From the NCBI GenBank assembly GCA_964016885.1, contig OZ024740.1, positions 221,030,001-221,094,000 of the forward strand: a stretch of DNA of 64,000 nucleotides, given 5' to 3'. How positions within the stretch are numbered: position 1 is the stretch's first letter; each line of letters opens with the position of its first letter. The position numbers and the translations under genes were made by a program. The notes under the pieces are model-generated. The model did not search any database. It was not told the DNA's origin and saw only the letters and a program-made list of their open reading frames with translations. The DNA is from Eledone cirrhosa. Lineage: Eukaryota. Shown in pieces: positions 13,416-24,887 of the stretch.

Positions 13416-15682
13416 TTAAAGCAAGTAATGATGTCTGTGTCCCACATATACAATACATCATGCAGCTAACTGTATGTGTGTATGATGTTGCAGCGAACAT
13501 TATATTGACACCATTTATAAAGATCTGGGTTGACATCAGGAATAGTTTTTGACTATAGAAAATCTGTAAGAAAAGATCTCGTCCCAACCATGCAAGCGTA
13601 GAAAAATAGAAGTAAAAACGATGACAATGATGATGAAGGATGATGATGATTTTCTAAATGAAAGACACTTTCTTGGTGCATGCTTATATCTACAAAATCA
13701 ACATGTAGAATCAGATTTACATTTGTTTCTGTCAACATAAGACACAGGGATGTCATCTAAATTATTTTTTACTTTTCTGTTTTGTTGTTTCAATCTCTGA
13801 TATTTAAAGTTGTTGGAATTTGATGGATGTATTAAGCTTCAGATCATCTGATTGATGACCTTCTGATGCTTTTATACAATGTTCAGATGGTTGTATGTCA
13901 TCTGTGAGTTTATATATATACCATATATATACCATATCCCTGAGTGTCATGAAAGGTGACTAAGAAGGTTACTGCTAGAAATGGTATCCAACCATAAAAC
14001 ATTGCCTATAAAAGGACTCCATGATGTATATGAAGCTTGTCATGGGATGCACAATGCTAACCTTACTCAATTAGGGAAAATGGGCTTAAAATACTTGTCT
14101 ATGAGTGTCATTTAAATCATATCATCTTCTGTATTCTGGACTGGAGTTTTATTTTTTTTTTAAATTTACAAAAGCAAACTAATTCATCTAATTTCTGAAA
14201 ATAACTATCAATAAATTCAGTCAGATTTTGACGCTATGATAAGAATCTGACTATTTCTGCAATTACTAAATTAATTTGGGGATGAATTGACAACATAAGA
14301 GCAGAATTATACTGTTAACATTTTCTCCTCAATTTCCAGGGGTTCTATTTTTACAGAAATTTTTTGTATGGCCATCATATCTACTTTTGAAAGAAAAAAA
14401 AAACATATCTTATTTGTTTCTTAACAATAATGTCTAGATGCTAGTTCATTCTAGTGTAGCAGCAAATGCATTGCCACCAAGCCCGTCATATCCAGGCCAT
14501 CAAGTGGAAACTCATTATTAAACCCACTATACCATTGTCATGAAGTAATGTGATAGTCACATGTGATTCTTTACACCCGTAAGCTTTATTTAGAAGCTTC
14601 TATCACCATACTCAGAGCCAGCTTAAATAGTCATGATAATGTATATGCATGTAACACACATGCAAAGCTACAATAACATTAGCACAATGATTAAAACACA
14701 AACATGATGAACAAAATTTCTTAATTAAACATCAGAGCTTAGTCTCCATGTGGCTTAAGTTATAAGTATTCAAGTTATATTTATGATTCATTTTATACAA
14801 AAATAGTCTTTCTTAAGAGGCCCAGTTTTCATAATCAAAATATAGGGCAGAGTGCTTGAACTTACAATAAAATTATTATTTTAAAATGCCATACTAGTTT
14901 GTATGGTATTTCCTTCTTATCTTATAGTTAGTACATTTTAATAGGCTATCAATAGTAAAATCTTAGAAGTTTATAGGCTAAAATATATAATACAAAGGAA
15001 GCAAATAAATGCATCTACTTTTAAAACAGCATGGGCTTAAAACTAAAATGTAATTCAGCTTTGTTCTTCTATATTTAAATATAATTGTAATCATATATTT
15101 GAAAAAAAAAAAAAAAAAAAAAAATGAATATTATCAAGAATAAAATATTTAAAAAAATTAAAATTTGTTAAAAAAATGTTTGATTGTGCTTACAAATTCT
15201 AATAATTAGATGCATAATGTTTTTAGATTATGTTTATTAACCCACTTGTTTAATTAATTCAGTTAGTAAATATTTATCATTACTAATTAATAGTTAATAT
15301 CCATGTTAGAAAACCATCCAGTAATACTATAACTATTTCAGTAGAACCTTAAATATTCAGAACAAAGCAACCCACCACAGCAATAGTGCTCAATCAACCA
15401 GGTGTAAATGTATCCCCATAGAGTAAATTTTGCCTACACAGGGAAAATTTGCTGTTTATGGATTTGAACATTTTTCTTTTCAATAATAATTAAAAAAAAT
15501 CTGAAGTTGTAAAGAAAGCCTAAAGTAAGCTTATTTTGTTTATAAACCCTTTCACCACCATATATCTTCTAATGAACAACACTGCCTATGGTTTTCAATG
15601 ATTTTCATATCAGTATGAAGATAATTAATTAAGCTTGTATTTAGAACATAATTTAACAATGGTTCTTATATAAAATTATAAT

Positions 15683-15856
15683 TGTTTCTACTTTTGGCAC
15701 AAACCAGCAATTACCCAGTGTATTACTGGTACTTTATTTTATCATCACAGTAAGGATGAACGGCAAAGTTAACCTCGGCGGGATTTGAACTCAGAATGAC
15801 AAAGGCCGTAACTCAATGCGTCCGACTCTCTACCGATACTGCCAACCCACTGCCCT
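15683..15856 (-). mobile_element. SINE family A
   Basis: Same consensus; TSD tatataaaattataat. Confidence 0.9.
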
Positions 15857-17038
15857 TATATAAAATTATAATGGAAGGTTTTTAGATAAATAACACAGCT
15901 TTGTATCTTAGATCTATAGGTGGTTTCAGGTGATTTGGTATCAAAAGGGCAAAACCATGCCTAGATCTATATTACAGTTTATCTTAAAGTGTTTATATTT
16001 ATCTAAAAGCCTTTCATCACAGTTTTGTGTAAGAAACTTTGTTAAATTATACTCCAAATACCAGCTTAATAATGAGAAAGTTATATTACTAAATCCCACA
16101 AAATATTTGATTATTTTCAAAATGATTTGAAAATTATAGGCAGTGTCTTTCATTAGAATTATGGAGATGAAATGGTTACAATACTTCTTTGTTTTCTTTC
16201 TACTGTTTTGGAACAATATGTATTTTATACTTCCTAATAAATAGGCGGCGAATTGGCAGAGTTATTAGAACATCAGATAGAATGCTTTGCTGCATTTGTC
16301 TCCACTTCCCGAGTTCAAAACTTTGCCTTTCATCCATTTAAGGTTGATAAAAAAGTACCAGTCAAGTACTAGTGATGAATTTTCCTCTGTACATCTTTCT
16401 CACTTCCTTCTCTGGGAGAAATCTGCTGTAATCAGACCTGGAGAAGAAATGGGCTCTGCCAGGTTTAAAAATGCCCTGGAAACGCCATGTCAATATGGCA
16501 CACCTACGACTCCCTCAGGAGTTACAGGTCCATACATACAATTAATGTATTATCAATGTAGTAATCTAATTCAGAGGAGAATGACTTTTCAAGAAATAAA
16601 TGACAAAGTAGAAAGAAAACACGGCTGAATAGTTGTCAGTTATTCTCTCTATTTGTCAATATTTTAGATTTTCCTATTTGTTTTGTGGTAGAGATGTAAA
16701 CTCAAATGCTAAACCACAGAGTGGAAAGAATTGAGTTTAATGCTTTTGATACAGAACTGTCTGAAATCACTCCAGTTTCTATGATAGGAAACTGTTTGTT
16801 TTAAAGTGTATTTATTTAAAAATCCTTCCACCATAATTTATGTAAGAGCCTTTGTTAAATTATGTTCTAAGCACCAACTAAAATAATGAGAAAGTTTGAT
16901 ATATTATTAAATCTGTCCAAATTCTTGTTTATTTTCTAAATTATTTGAAAATCATAGGTAGTGTTTCGTGTTTGAAATATTGTAACAAAAGGGTTTAAAT
17001 GCATTCATATAAACTCATTCATTGATTAAAGTAATAAT

Positions 17039-17363
17039 TGTTTCTACATTAGGCACAAGGCCAGCAATTACCCAGTGCATTACTGGTACTTTATTTTATC
17101 GACCCCGTAAGGATGAAAGTCAAAGTTAACCTTGGCGGGATTTGAACTCAGAATGGCAAGGGCATTAAAGTAATAATTGTTTCTACTTTAGGCACAAGGC
17201 CAGCAATTACCCAGTGCATTACTGGTACTTTATTTTATCGACCCCGTAAGGATGAAAGGCAAAGTCAACCTCAGCGGGATTTGAACTCAGATCGTAAAGG
17301 GACGTAACTATGCTGGAAAGCATGGCGTCCGACCCTCTACCGATACTGCCAATCCACCGCCCT
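17039..17363 (-). mobile_element. Two tandem SINE family A copies
   Basis: ttaaagtaataat occurs three times (17026, 17165, 17363). Confidence 0.9.
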
Positions 17364-18007
17364 TAAAGTAATAATGTTATTAAACTTCAGTAGAATCAAT
17401 TATTGGTAATTTGATAACAGTTTCAATACCAAACTGCCTATAGGTGGCCATGTTTTTTGTTTTTTTAATACCAAACTTTATTTTAAAGTGTTTATTATAT
17501 TGATCTAAAAGCCTTTTTATGAAGGGACCTTTGTTAAGTTATGCTCCAAAAACCAGCTTAAACATAAAGTTAGTTATATTAATAAATCTGTTCAAATTGT
17601 TGGATTATTTGAAAATCATATGTAGTGTCTTCATTAATAATATGGTAATGAAAGGGTTTAGTGCATACTGTTATTAATACTATTAGAAAAAAACCCCAAA
17701 AAACAATAAAAGCATCAAAGCATTTTGTTATTTATTTGTAACTTGATCACTGTCAATCTCTACAATAATTCTATCTGGCTAACTGTCTTTTAGCACAATA
17801 TATTTTAAAATATTTAAAAAATCATAATGCTAGTGATAATATTCATTAAAAACCCCCCCAGCTTTTGGAGATATGAGGGGTTGAAATGTCAACAGATATT
17901 TTTTATTTAATTAATAGAAAATATAAATTAGATTTACAGTCAGTATAGTTAATATGTAATAAATAGTAATTATGGTACTTTCAGTAGATATGGATCTGAA
18001 AAGATTA

Positions 18008-18211
18008 CCATATATACTTGAATATAAGCCAGGGAATAGGTGACGAAAAATAATAGGTAAAATGGGAGGTTGGTTCATATATGCCATCTAATCAATGTGT
18101 TGATTAGCTGCTTAGGTTTATAAACGGGGTTTGTATTTTCGCCTATATCTCGGACATAGAATAGTGGAGTGGTTCTTATATTCGGATGAACTTATATTTG
18201 AGTATATATGG
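18008..18211. mobile_element. Same Tc2-like MITE family
   Basis: TA TSD; ccatatatacttgaatataag / cttatatttgagtatatatgg. Confidence 0.85.
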
Positions 18212-18404
18212 TAATCTAGCTTCCTGAATATTATTTTCCCTGGTATTACAACTGATAAGCTTCTAATAAATAACAACATATTGTAAATTACATTATAGTT
18301 ACTAACTGATCAGCATCAGTTCTTCATCTTCTCAACCAGACTACTGGTATTTTGGATCTAACAATTATAAGACTATTATTTCTATTTGGATTTTAATAAA
18401 GGTA

Positions 18405-18745
18405 CCTAAGACGTGGTGCCAGAAATGACTGTATAGTTAGGAGTGGGGATACTCACAAGTCCCCAGCTATTGGAATGTGTTATTGACTGGATCCCATTTG
18501 AAGGGAGGATTTTCCTCTTAAAGCTTAGGCTGAAAGGTGACTGTGGGCGGTGCAAGGGAAAAACAACTGACAGGAGACCTAGGAGTAGGCCATGAGCAAG
18601 ATGGTTGGATAACATCCATGAGCTTGGTTGGTCATGCTTGGAGATCCAGCTGGATCAATTGGAGACAGTTACTTTTGAGCGGACCTATTGGAAGGTATGC
18701 TTGAAGACTCTGCTCCAATGACCCTCCCAGGAATAGATGGATGAA
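18405..18745 (+). mobile_element. Old RTE-type 3' fragment
   Basis: RRPRSRP*ARWLDNI-like translation. Confidence 0.5.
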
Positions 18746-19623
18746 GAAAAAGTAACCAAAGCGAGGCATATGGCTTAGTGGTTAGTGTGCTGGGTTTGTG
18801 ATTGTAAGGTTGTGGGTTCAATCCCTGGACTGAGTAGCATATTTTGTCTTTGAGCAAGGCACTTCATTTTACATTGCTTCAGTCCACTCAGACTCAAAAA
18901 TAAGTACCAGCAACAGCAGCTTGTGATGGAAAGGAGCCCTATCCATGCCTTGTACTCTCAGTTACTTAAAGCCACATGAAATCAGGATAAGTTTGACTAG
19001 CTGAATCTCTAAGTTCAAGACAAAATTTAACTTTAAACTTAGTTTCTTGTATATTTTATTTTTAATATTCTGTCATAAATGTATTTGGTTAAACCAGCCA
19101 TATTATATAAGCTTGCATCTATAAATATTTTCTCAAGTTACTACCAGACTTGTATTGATTAAATTTCACCAAAAATGTAACTAAAGTTTTCATAAAGTGA
19201 AAAAAAAAAGTATTAAATAATATAAACCATTCAGATTTTCATAATGCTAATAAAAATGGACAAATCTTAAAGACATTTTAGTACAATATTGAAAATTTCA
19301 AGGAAGCTAAAAACCAAAAAAAAAAACTTGCATGCAAGTCAACATAAGTTTGAGTAATGAGTGAAGAATTTTACATAACTTTATTAAAGACACAAAAGGA
19401 GAGAAAAAAAACAACAAAAATCTTCCGGTTTTATTGAAGTTAACTTTTGAGTATGAAACATCCTCAATATAAACATAATTCATGTGTTTATACTTAACAT
19501 AAAAAGCAATTTTGCTCAGAGCCATTCTTCTCTAGCTATGAGATTGTTAAAAGTAAGTATGCTTAGATCAAAACTGAAACTTTAAAGAAATCATGAAGTT
19601 TAATTCTTTCAATCATATTGAAC

Positions 19624-19644
19624 CGAAAGGATGTAAAAGCCGGA
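19624..19644 (-). CDS. Possible 21-nt microexon (RLLHPF if phase 1-1)
   Basis: Strong acceptor ctttttgttttatttttag|TCCGGC, weak donor TTCG|gttcaa. Lies in a ~1.3-kb repeat-free stretch. Confidence 0.25.
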
Positions 19645-20324
19645 CTAAAAATAAAACAAAAAGTACACACACAACAGAAAAACAAACAAAAAGATTAAAA
19701 AACAACAACATGAAATGGAATTGGTAAACTTCAAAATATTCTGAAACAAAGAATTTAATTAATTATTGTTTTTTTTTTAAATTTTATCTAAGGATAGTTT
19801 TTAATTCCAATTCTTAATGAATTTTTGAAACAAAATCAAAATCCTGAAAAATAATGATGAAAGGAAACTAAACCAAACTATTTGTTTTTCATAAACATTA
19901 ATATAGATGATTGAATATCTGTTGAAGATATCTTCATTTAGAACAAATAAATGAATAGCTTTTAATTTTCATTAACATAGACAGGAAGCCTATTCCGAAA
20001 TTTCTGTTTTAAAAGAATATGTACACATTTTTTTAGAAAATAAAAAAAAAGGCCAAATAATAAGATAAATGAAAAAAGAAAAGATGCTAATGACTCATTC
20101 TTTGATCTTAACTATGCAGAACAAGTGTGAAGACATAATGTTTCAAAATATATCTGAGCTGACTTCTAATTTAAATAGAGATACAACAAATGTGAAAATA
20201 GTTAACAAAAGAAATTATATATTGTCTAATGAATGTAATGACCAATTTACATGTTATCCTGTAAGACAAATAATGTTCAAGATGAAATGCTTTAGTAAGT
20301 GGGGGAATGAAACAATACCATTTC

Positions 20325-20430
20325 ACAACAACAACAATCATGACAATAATAATAATAATAACAAAAACAATAGCAACAATAGTAGTAATAATAATGATGA
20401 TAATAATAATAATGATGATAATAATAATAA
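20325..20430. repeat. (AAT/AAC/GAT)n microsatellite
   Basis: Direct reading; source of the poly-N/I/L ORFs. Confidence 0.95.
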
Positions 20431-21309
20431 TGCTTTCTTTATTAACCACAAGGGTTTACATAAAGTAGACATTAAGGACAGTACAGGACAATACAGGACG
20501 GTACACATGGGCATTTCTGCGTGTAAAAAAAAAAACAGAGGATGTAATAAAAATAACAATGAAAAATTCCCCAATAGGGGGGAGACTTCCGAAGGACATT
20601 TGTGGAGAAAGCCCATTAAAAGGCCACAGTGACCCTGACCACCAGGGCAAGTGCCCTCTCCTAGTTTTCCACCTTTAATTTAAAGACACATATCAGAGTA
20701 CGCCCATTCACTCGGGCCATTCTTGCCTCTCTCACCCATCTTTCAACAAAATGCTGGGAAGAGAGCACTTCCCTCTCTACCCCGATTTTCCTTTTCAAAT
20801 GAAATTTGAAAAAGTTAATCAGGGCATCACCGAAGAGGTAAGTGCTCGTCTTCAGCCCTTTCAAACGTGTCCACCATACTATCTCTTTCGCCATGGCCAC
20901 CAGACAGATAAAAACTGCCTGCCCTTCCCGGCTAAAGGAAGAGGGCGGGGCAATCCTCATGATGGACTCAGCTGATAGCTGGATCCGTCCTACACGTGAC
21001 AGCAGGTGTTCGACATAAACCCACAAGTCAGCAATGCTCAGACACTGGACGAGTGCGTGCAGGACGGTTTCGTCACCCTGCGCGCATCTCGGACATGCCC
21101 GGCTGATGGCACCTCCATGCCTGTAGAGTTTATCCCGAACTGGCAAAGCTCCTCGGTAGCACTGCCAGGCCAGGGATTTCTGGAAGTTGTCCATAGGCCC
21201 CGGCCCAAAAGTCCTTCCGAAGAGATTGGCTAGTTGATTTTCGTTGACGCCTAGAGTTTCTCCAAGTACGTCGTCGCTCTTCCCCTCCACTAATCCTCTA
21301 TAGAACGCC
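20431..21309 (-). mobile_element. 5'-truncated L1/Tx1-clade LINE (ORF2 C-terminus and 3' UTR) in (AAT)n
   Basis: ORF 20661-21359 contains the zf-RVT CCHC motif CPRCAQGDETVLHALVQC after LPVRDKL. 3' end aataaagaaagc-(att)n. Confidence 0.85.
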
Positions 21310-21322
21310 AAATAATAATAAT

Positions 21323-21508
21323 TGTTTCTACTTTTGGCACAAGGCCAGCAATTACTCAATGCATTACTGGTACTTTATTCTATCGACCCCGGAAGGATGA
21401 AAGGCAAACTTAACCTCGGCGGGATTTGAACTCAGATCATACAGGGAGGTAACTCTATGCTTCAAAGCATGGCATCCGATCCTCTACCGATACTGCCAAT
21501 CCACCGCC
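21323..21508 (-). mobile_element. SINE family A
   Basis: Same consensus, in (AAT)n. Confidence 0.9.
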
Positions 21509-21635
21509 AAATAATAATAATAATAAAGTAACTGGAATATTAAGTATATTTTTTATTGTGCATTTTAGCATCAGTAACTGATATTTAAAACTTTCTGAAT
21601 TTTAAGATAAGACAAATCTTAGCATAAAAATAATG

Positions 21636-21683
<48 letters not shown>

Positions 21684-21724
21684 TAAAAAAAATAATAGAT
21701 AAAATAAAATCAATTCCAGCTTAC

Positions 21725-21810
21725 CAGACAAGAAGATGGTCCAATGTTAATGGAACTCTAAGATATTAATCAGACCAGAACACTTACCTAAAAGATAAAA
21801 ATAAAAAAAA
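21725..21810 (-). promoter_or_regulatory. Candidate recursive splice site (YAG|GTAAGT) with a 63-nt cryptic RS-exon
   Basis: Minus strand: ttttttttatttttatcttttag|GTAAGTG, with a second donor TCTG|gtaagc 63 nt downstream. Stops in all three frames. Confidence 0.55.
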
Positions 21811-21978
21811 AATTTAACTTGAGAATTCTGTTTTATTTTTTTAAATAAATCGAAAAAAGGAAAGAAAATATTCAATTTCAATCAAAAATATTTTACTTTA
21901 CACCAAAAATCTATATTCACACCACAGTATCTAATAGTTTTTTTGTTTCATTGGGAATAAAAACAATAATAATATTAA

Positions 21979-22626
21979 TGTTTTTCAATTTAGGCACAAG
22001 ATCAGCATTTTTGTTGGAGTAAGTAAAATAAATTGATCCACAGTACTTGAATGGTACATTTTATTAATACCCCAGAAGAATGAAAGACACACTTGAACTT
22101 GGCAGGATTTGAATTCAGATTATAAAGACCTGGAACAGATACCACAAAGTATTCAGTTCGATGCTCTAATGATACTGCCAACCCAGCACTCTTAATTACC
22201 ATAATGTTTCTACTTTTGTCACAAGGCCAGCAACTATCCAGCAATTATCCCAGTGCATTACTGGTATTTTATTTTATCAACCCCATAAGGATAAAAGGCA
22301 AACTTTACCTTGGCGGGATTTGAACTCAGAAAGTAAAGGGACATAACTATGTTGCAAATCATGGTGTCTGATGCTCTATCGGTACTGCTAGTCCACCACC
22401 CTTAATTACAATAATAATAATGATTTCTAGTATAGGCACACGGCCAGTAATTTGGGAAGAGGGGAAAGTCGATTAAATCGACCCCAGTACATTACTGGTG
22501 CTTTATTTTATCAACCCCGTAAGGATGAAAGGCAAAGTTAACCTTGGCAGGATTTGAACTCAGATTGTAAAGGACCGTAACTCTATGCTGCAAAGCATAG
22601 TGTTCGATACTCAACTGATACTGTCA
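21979..22626 (-). mobile_element. Three tandem SINE family A copies of different ages
   Basis: Three repeats of ggcacaagg...atttgaa(c/t)tcag...atactg. Confidence 0.85.
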
Positions 22627-22648
22627 ATAACAAAAAAAAAAATAATAA

Positions 22649-23140
22649 TGATTTCATTTTTTGGCCACAAGGGCCAACATATAGGAGACAATACAAAGAC
22701 ACGGACAATGGGGTTTACAATAAGCTTGAGTAAAAGTGCACAATGGCAAAACCAATTTAACAATGAAAATATATAATAAACTATGTATAAACATAATAAA
22801 ATAAATTCCCCAATAGGAGCATGAGGGAGGTGGATGACCCAGGTACCCCACCAATCCTGAACCACCTGACGCTTTTAGGGCACCCCTCTCCTCCTCAAAT
22901 TAACCAGCCTACAGGTGCATGGTCTGAGTAGGCTCACTCACACGGGCCATTCTCGCCACATTCATTCACCTTTTAGCAAATGTACTGGGGGTGCAGCACT
23001 TCTCTCTCCACCCTCACCTTCCTTTCCAAATGAAACTTGAAGAATAAGCCTCACATCATTGTGGTGGATAAGAATGAGAACAAGTGTTAAATAATTGATG
23101 TGGCAGTACTGGGGACTCTTTTTATCAGAGGGAAGGAAAA
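22649..23140 (-). mobile_element. Older decayed copy of the same L1/Tx1-type LINE 3' end
   Basis: Shares aaattccccaatagg, cccctctc and acgggccattct blocks with 20431-20850; (att)n tail. Confidence 0.7.
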
Positions 23141-23149
23141 CCAAAATAA

Positions 23150-23390
23150 TTGACAAAAACTGATGTGGGAGTTGAAATTGCTAGGGTGTGGGACAAAAAC
23201 ACAAAAACGATACTAATAATGATAGGAGCATTAGAATTGGTCACTAAAAACTTGTGTTATTTGAAGGAGATTGGCATTTCACCAAATATAATTATTCCTG
23301 CAAGCATACTGTGTGAATTGCTTTCAATTTGAGATTGGGAGATTAAATGATATCACCAGTCAAAGAACTGAGACAACTTAATAATAATGT
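23150..23390 (+). mobile_element. R4/Dong-like (RLE) retrotransposon 3' fragment
   Basis: EIARVW..TKTILIMIGALELV.K.L.YLKEIG resembles the R4/Dong C-terminus; (taa)n tail. Confidence 0.55.
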
Positions 23391-23580
23391 GGTAGACATA
23401 ATCGATCACCCACGTTAAGACCACCAACATGGTTTTCACAGAATCCATTCTGTTGCAAGCATTTAGCCCAGTCTTCAGTCTTTTGATAACATTCTCCTTT
23501 CGACCCACCAGTCTAAAAAGGATTATGGGTGCAACCCTTTTCCTTCTTAGTAAGCCACTTTATATGTATATTACATATAT

Positions 23581-23700
23581 ATGAAAAGATTCAGGACCCC
23601 GATGGCTGAGCTCCAGCCATTTTGACAGCTAGATCCGAATGTTCAGATCTAGCTGTCGAAACAGCTGGAGCTCAGTCATCAGGGTCCTGAATCTTTTCGT
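23581..23700. repeat. Fold-back palindrome F1 (~58-bp arms)
   Basis: gaaaagattcaggaccc...ctagatccgaa / ttcagatctag...gggtcctgaatcttttc. Confidence 0.9.
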
Positions 23701-23856
23701 ATTACCCACTCTACAACCCCAGGTATCGAGTACTCTGGTGCGTTATGGTCCACCTGGTATCTTACCACCGTCTTTTTCATATATATATATATATATATTA
23801 GAAAGTGAGGTTTTTTTACAAAATGAAAAAAACGAGGTGTCCTACACAAGTGAAAG

Positions 23857-24117
23857 TATAAGGAAAAAAGATGAAATTGAAAATGCAACTGGAGTCTTTT
23901 TTTTTTTAAATATATTTATTTGGTTCCTTTACCGGTTTCGCAGTTCTTGTGCTTTCAAAAGTAGAATTAAGATGGAGGGTTTGTGGCACAGACCATCCAT
24001 CTCAATTCTACATTTGAAAAGCACAAGAACTGCGAAACCAGTAAAGGAACCAAATAAATATATTTAAAAAAAAAAAAGACTCCAGTTGCATTTTTGATTT
24101 CACCTTTTTTCCTTATA
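23857..24117. repeat. Fold-back palindrome F2 (~130-bp arms, almost no loop)
   Basis: tataaggaaaaaag...ggtttgtg / cacagacc...cttttttccttata. Confidence 0.95.
24011..24046 (+). ncRNA. Degenerate minimal hammerhead (U3-A8-type core)
   Basis: TTGAAAA-gca-caagaac-tgc-GAAAC-ca-GTA-aag. The mirror arm reads GAAAC-cg-GTA (palindromic ACCGGT). Confidence 0.45.
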
Positions 24118-24121
24118 TATA

Positions 24122-24752
24122 TCATTGTTATCATCATCATCATCATTTTACGTCTGCTTTTCCCTGCTTGCAAAGGTGGGACAGGTCTTATTCAGCACAG
24201 CATCTCTCCACTTGTCACGGTCCTTCGTCATCTCCACCGTGAGCTTCAGTGATCTGAGGTCTGTTCTCACTATCTCCGCCCATGACTTTTGTGGTCTACC
24301 TCTACCACGTCTTCCTTCAACTGGCATTTCCTGGCACTTTTTCACCCATCGGTCATCCTCCATGCGCATCACATGTCCATACCACCACAGTCTCCTCTCT
24401 CGCACACTACATTCTATCCCTCTCAGACACAGTTTCTCTCTCAACACATCCATGCTGGGTCGTTCACGCACATTGACATTGCACATCCAATGGAGCACGC
24501 TTGCCTCATTTCTCTCCAGCCATCGCATATCCTCTGCAGTTGCTGCCCAAGTCTCACTACCATGCAGCATCGCGCTCCTCACACAGGCATCATATAACCG
24601 GCCTTTCGTACGCAGGGAGAAACCCTTCTTCGTCAGCAGAGTAAGCAGCTCCCTAAACTTCATCCAACCCATCCTTATTCTAGATACTATGGTCTCGGAA
24701 CAGCCCCCTTCCATGCTAATTTGATCTCCTAGGTACCGGAAGCTATCAACCA
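24122..24752 (-). mobile_element. RTE LINE 3' fragment
   Basis: ORF 24148-24798: FRYLGD, LHGSETW, RRLWWYGHV, RGRP; (GAT)n tail. Confidence 0.9.
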
Positions 24753-24887
24753 TATATATATATATATTACAAGCCATCATAGCCACACATCTCTCCATCT
24801 CTCTAAACTTTTGAAAATCATGAAACTTCTAACTTGTGAAACTGGTTAAGTTATATATTATTGTAAATAAAAAATCAGCAGTGGTGG

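Noticed and set aside
20069-20632. 187-aa poly-Asn ORF
   Set aside because: Reads through (AAT)n and the antisense LINE 3' UTR.
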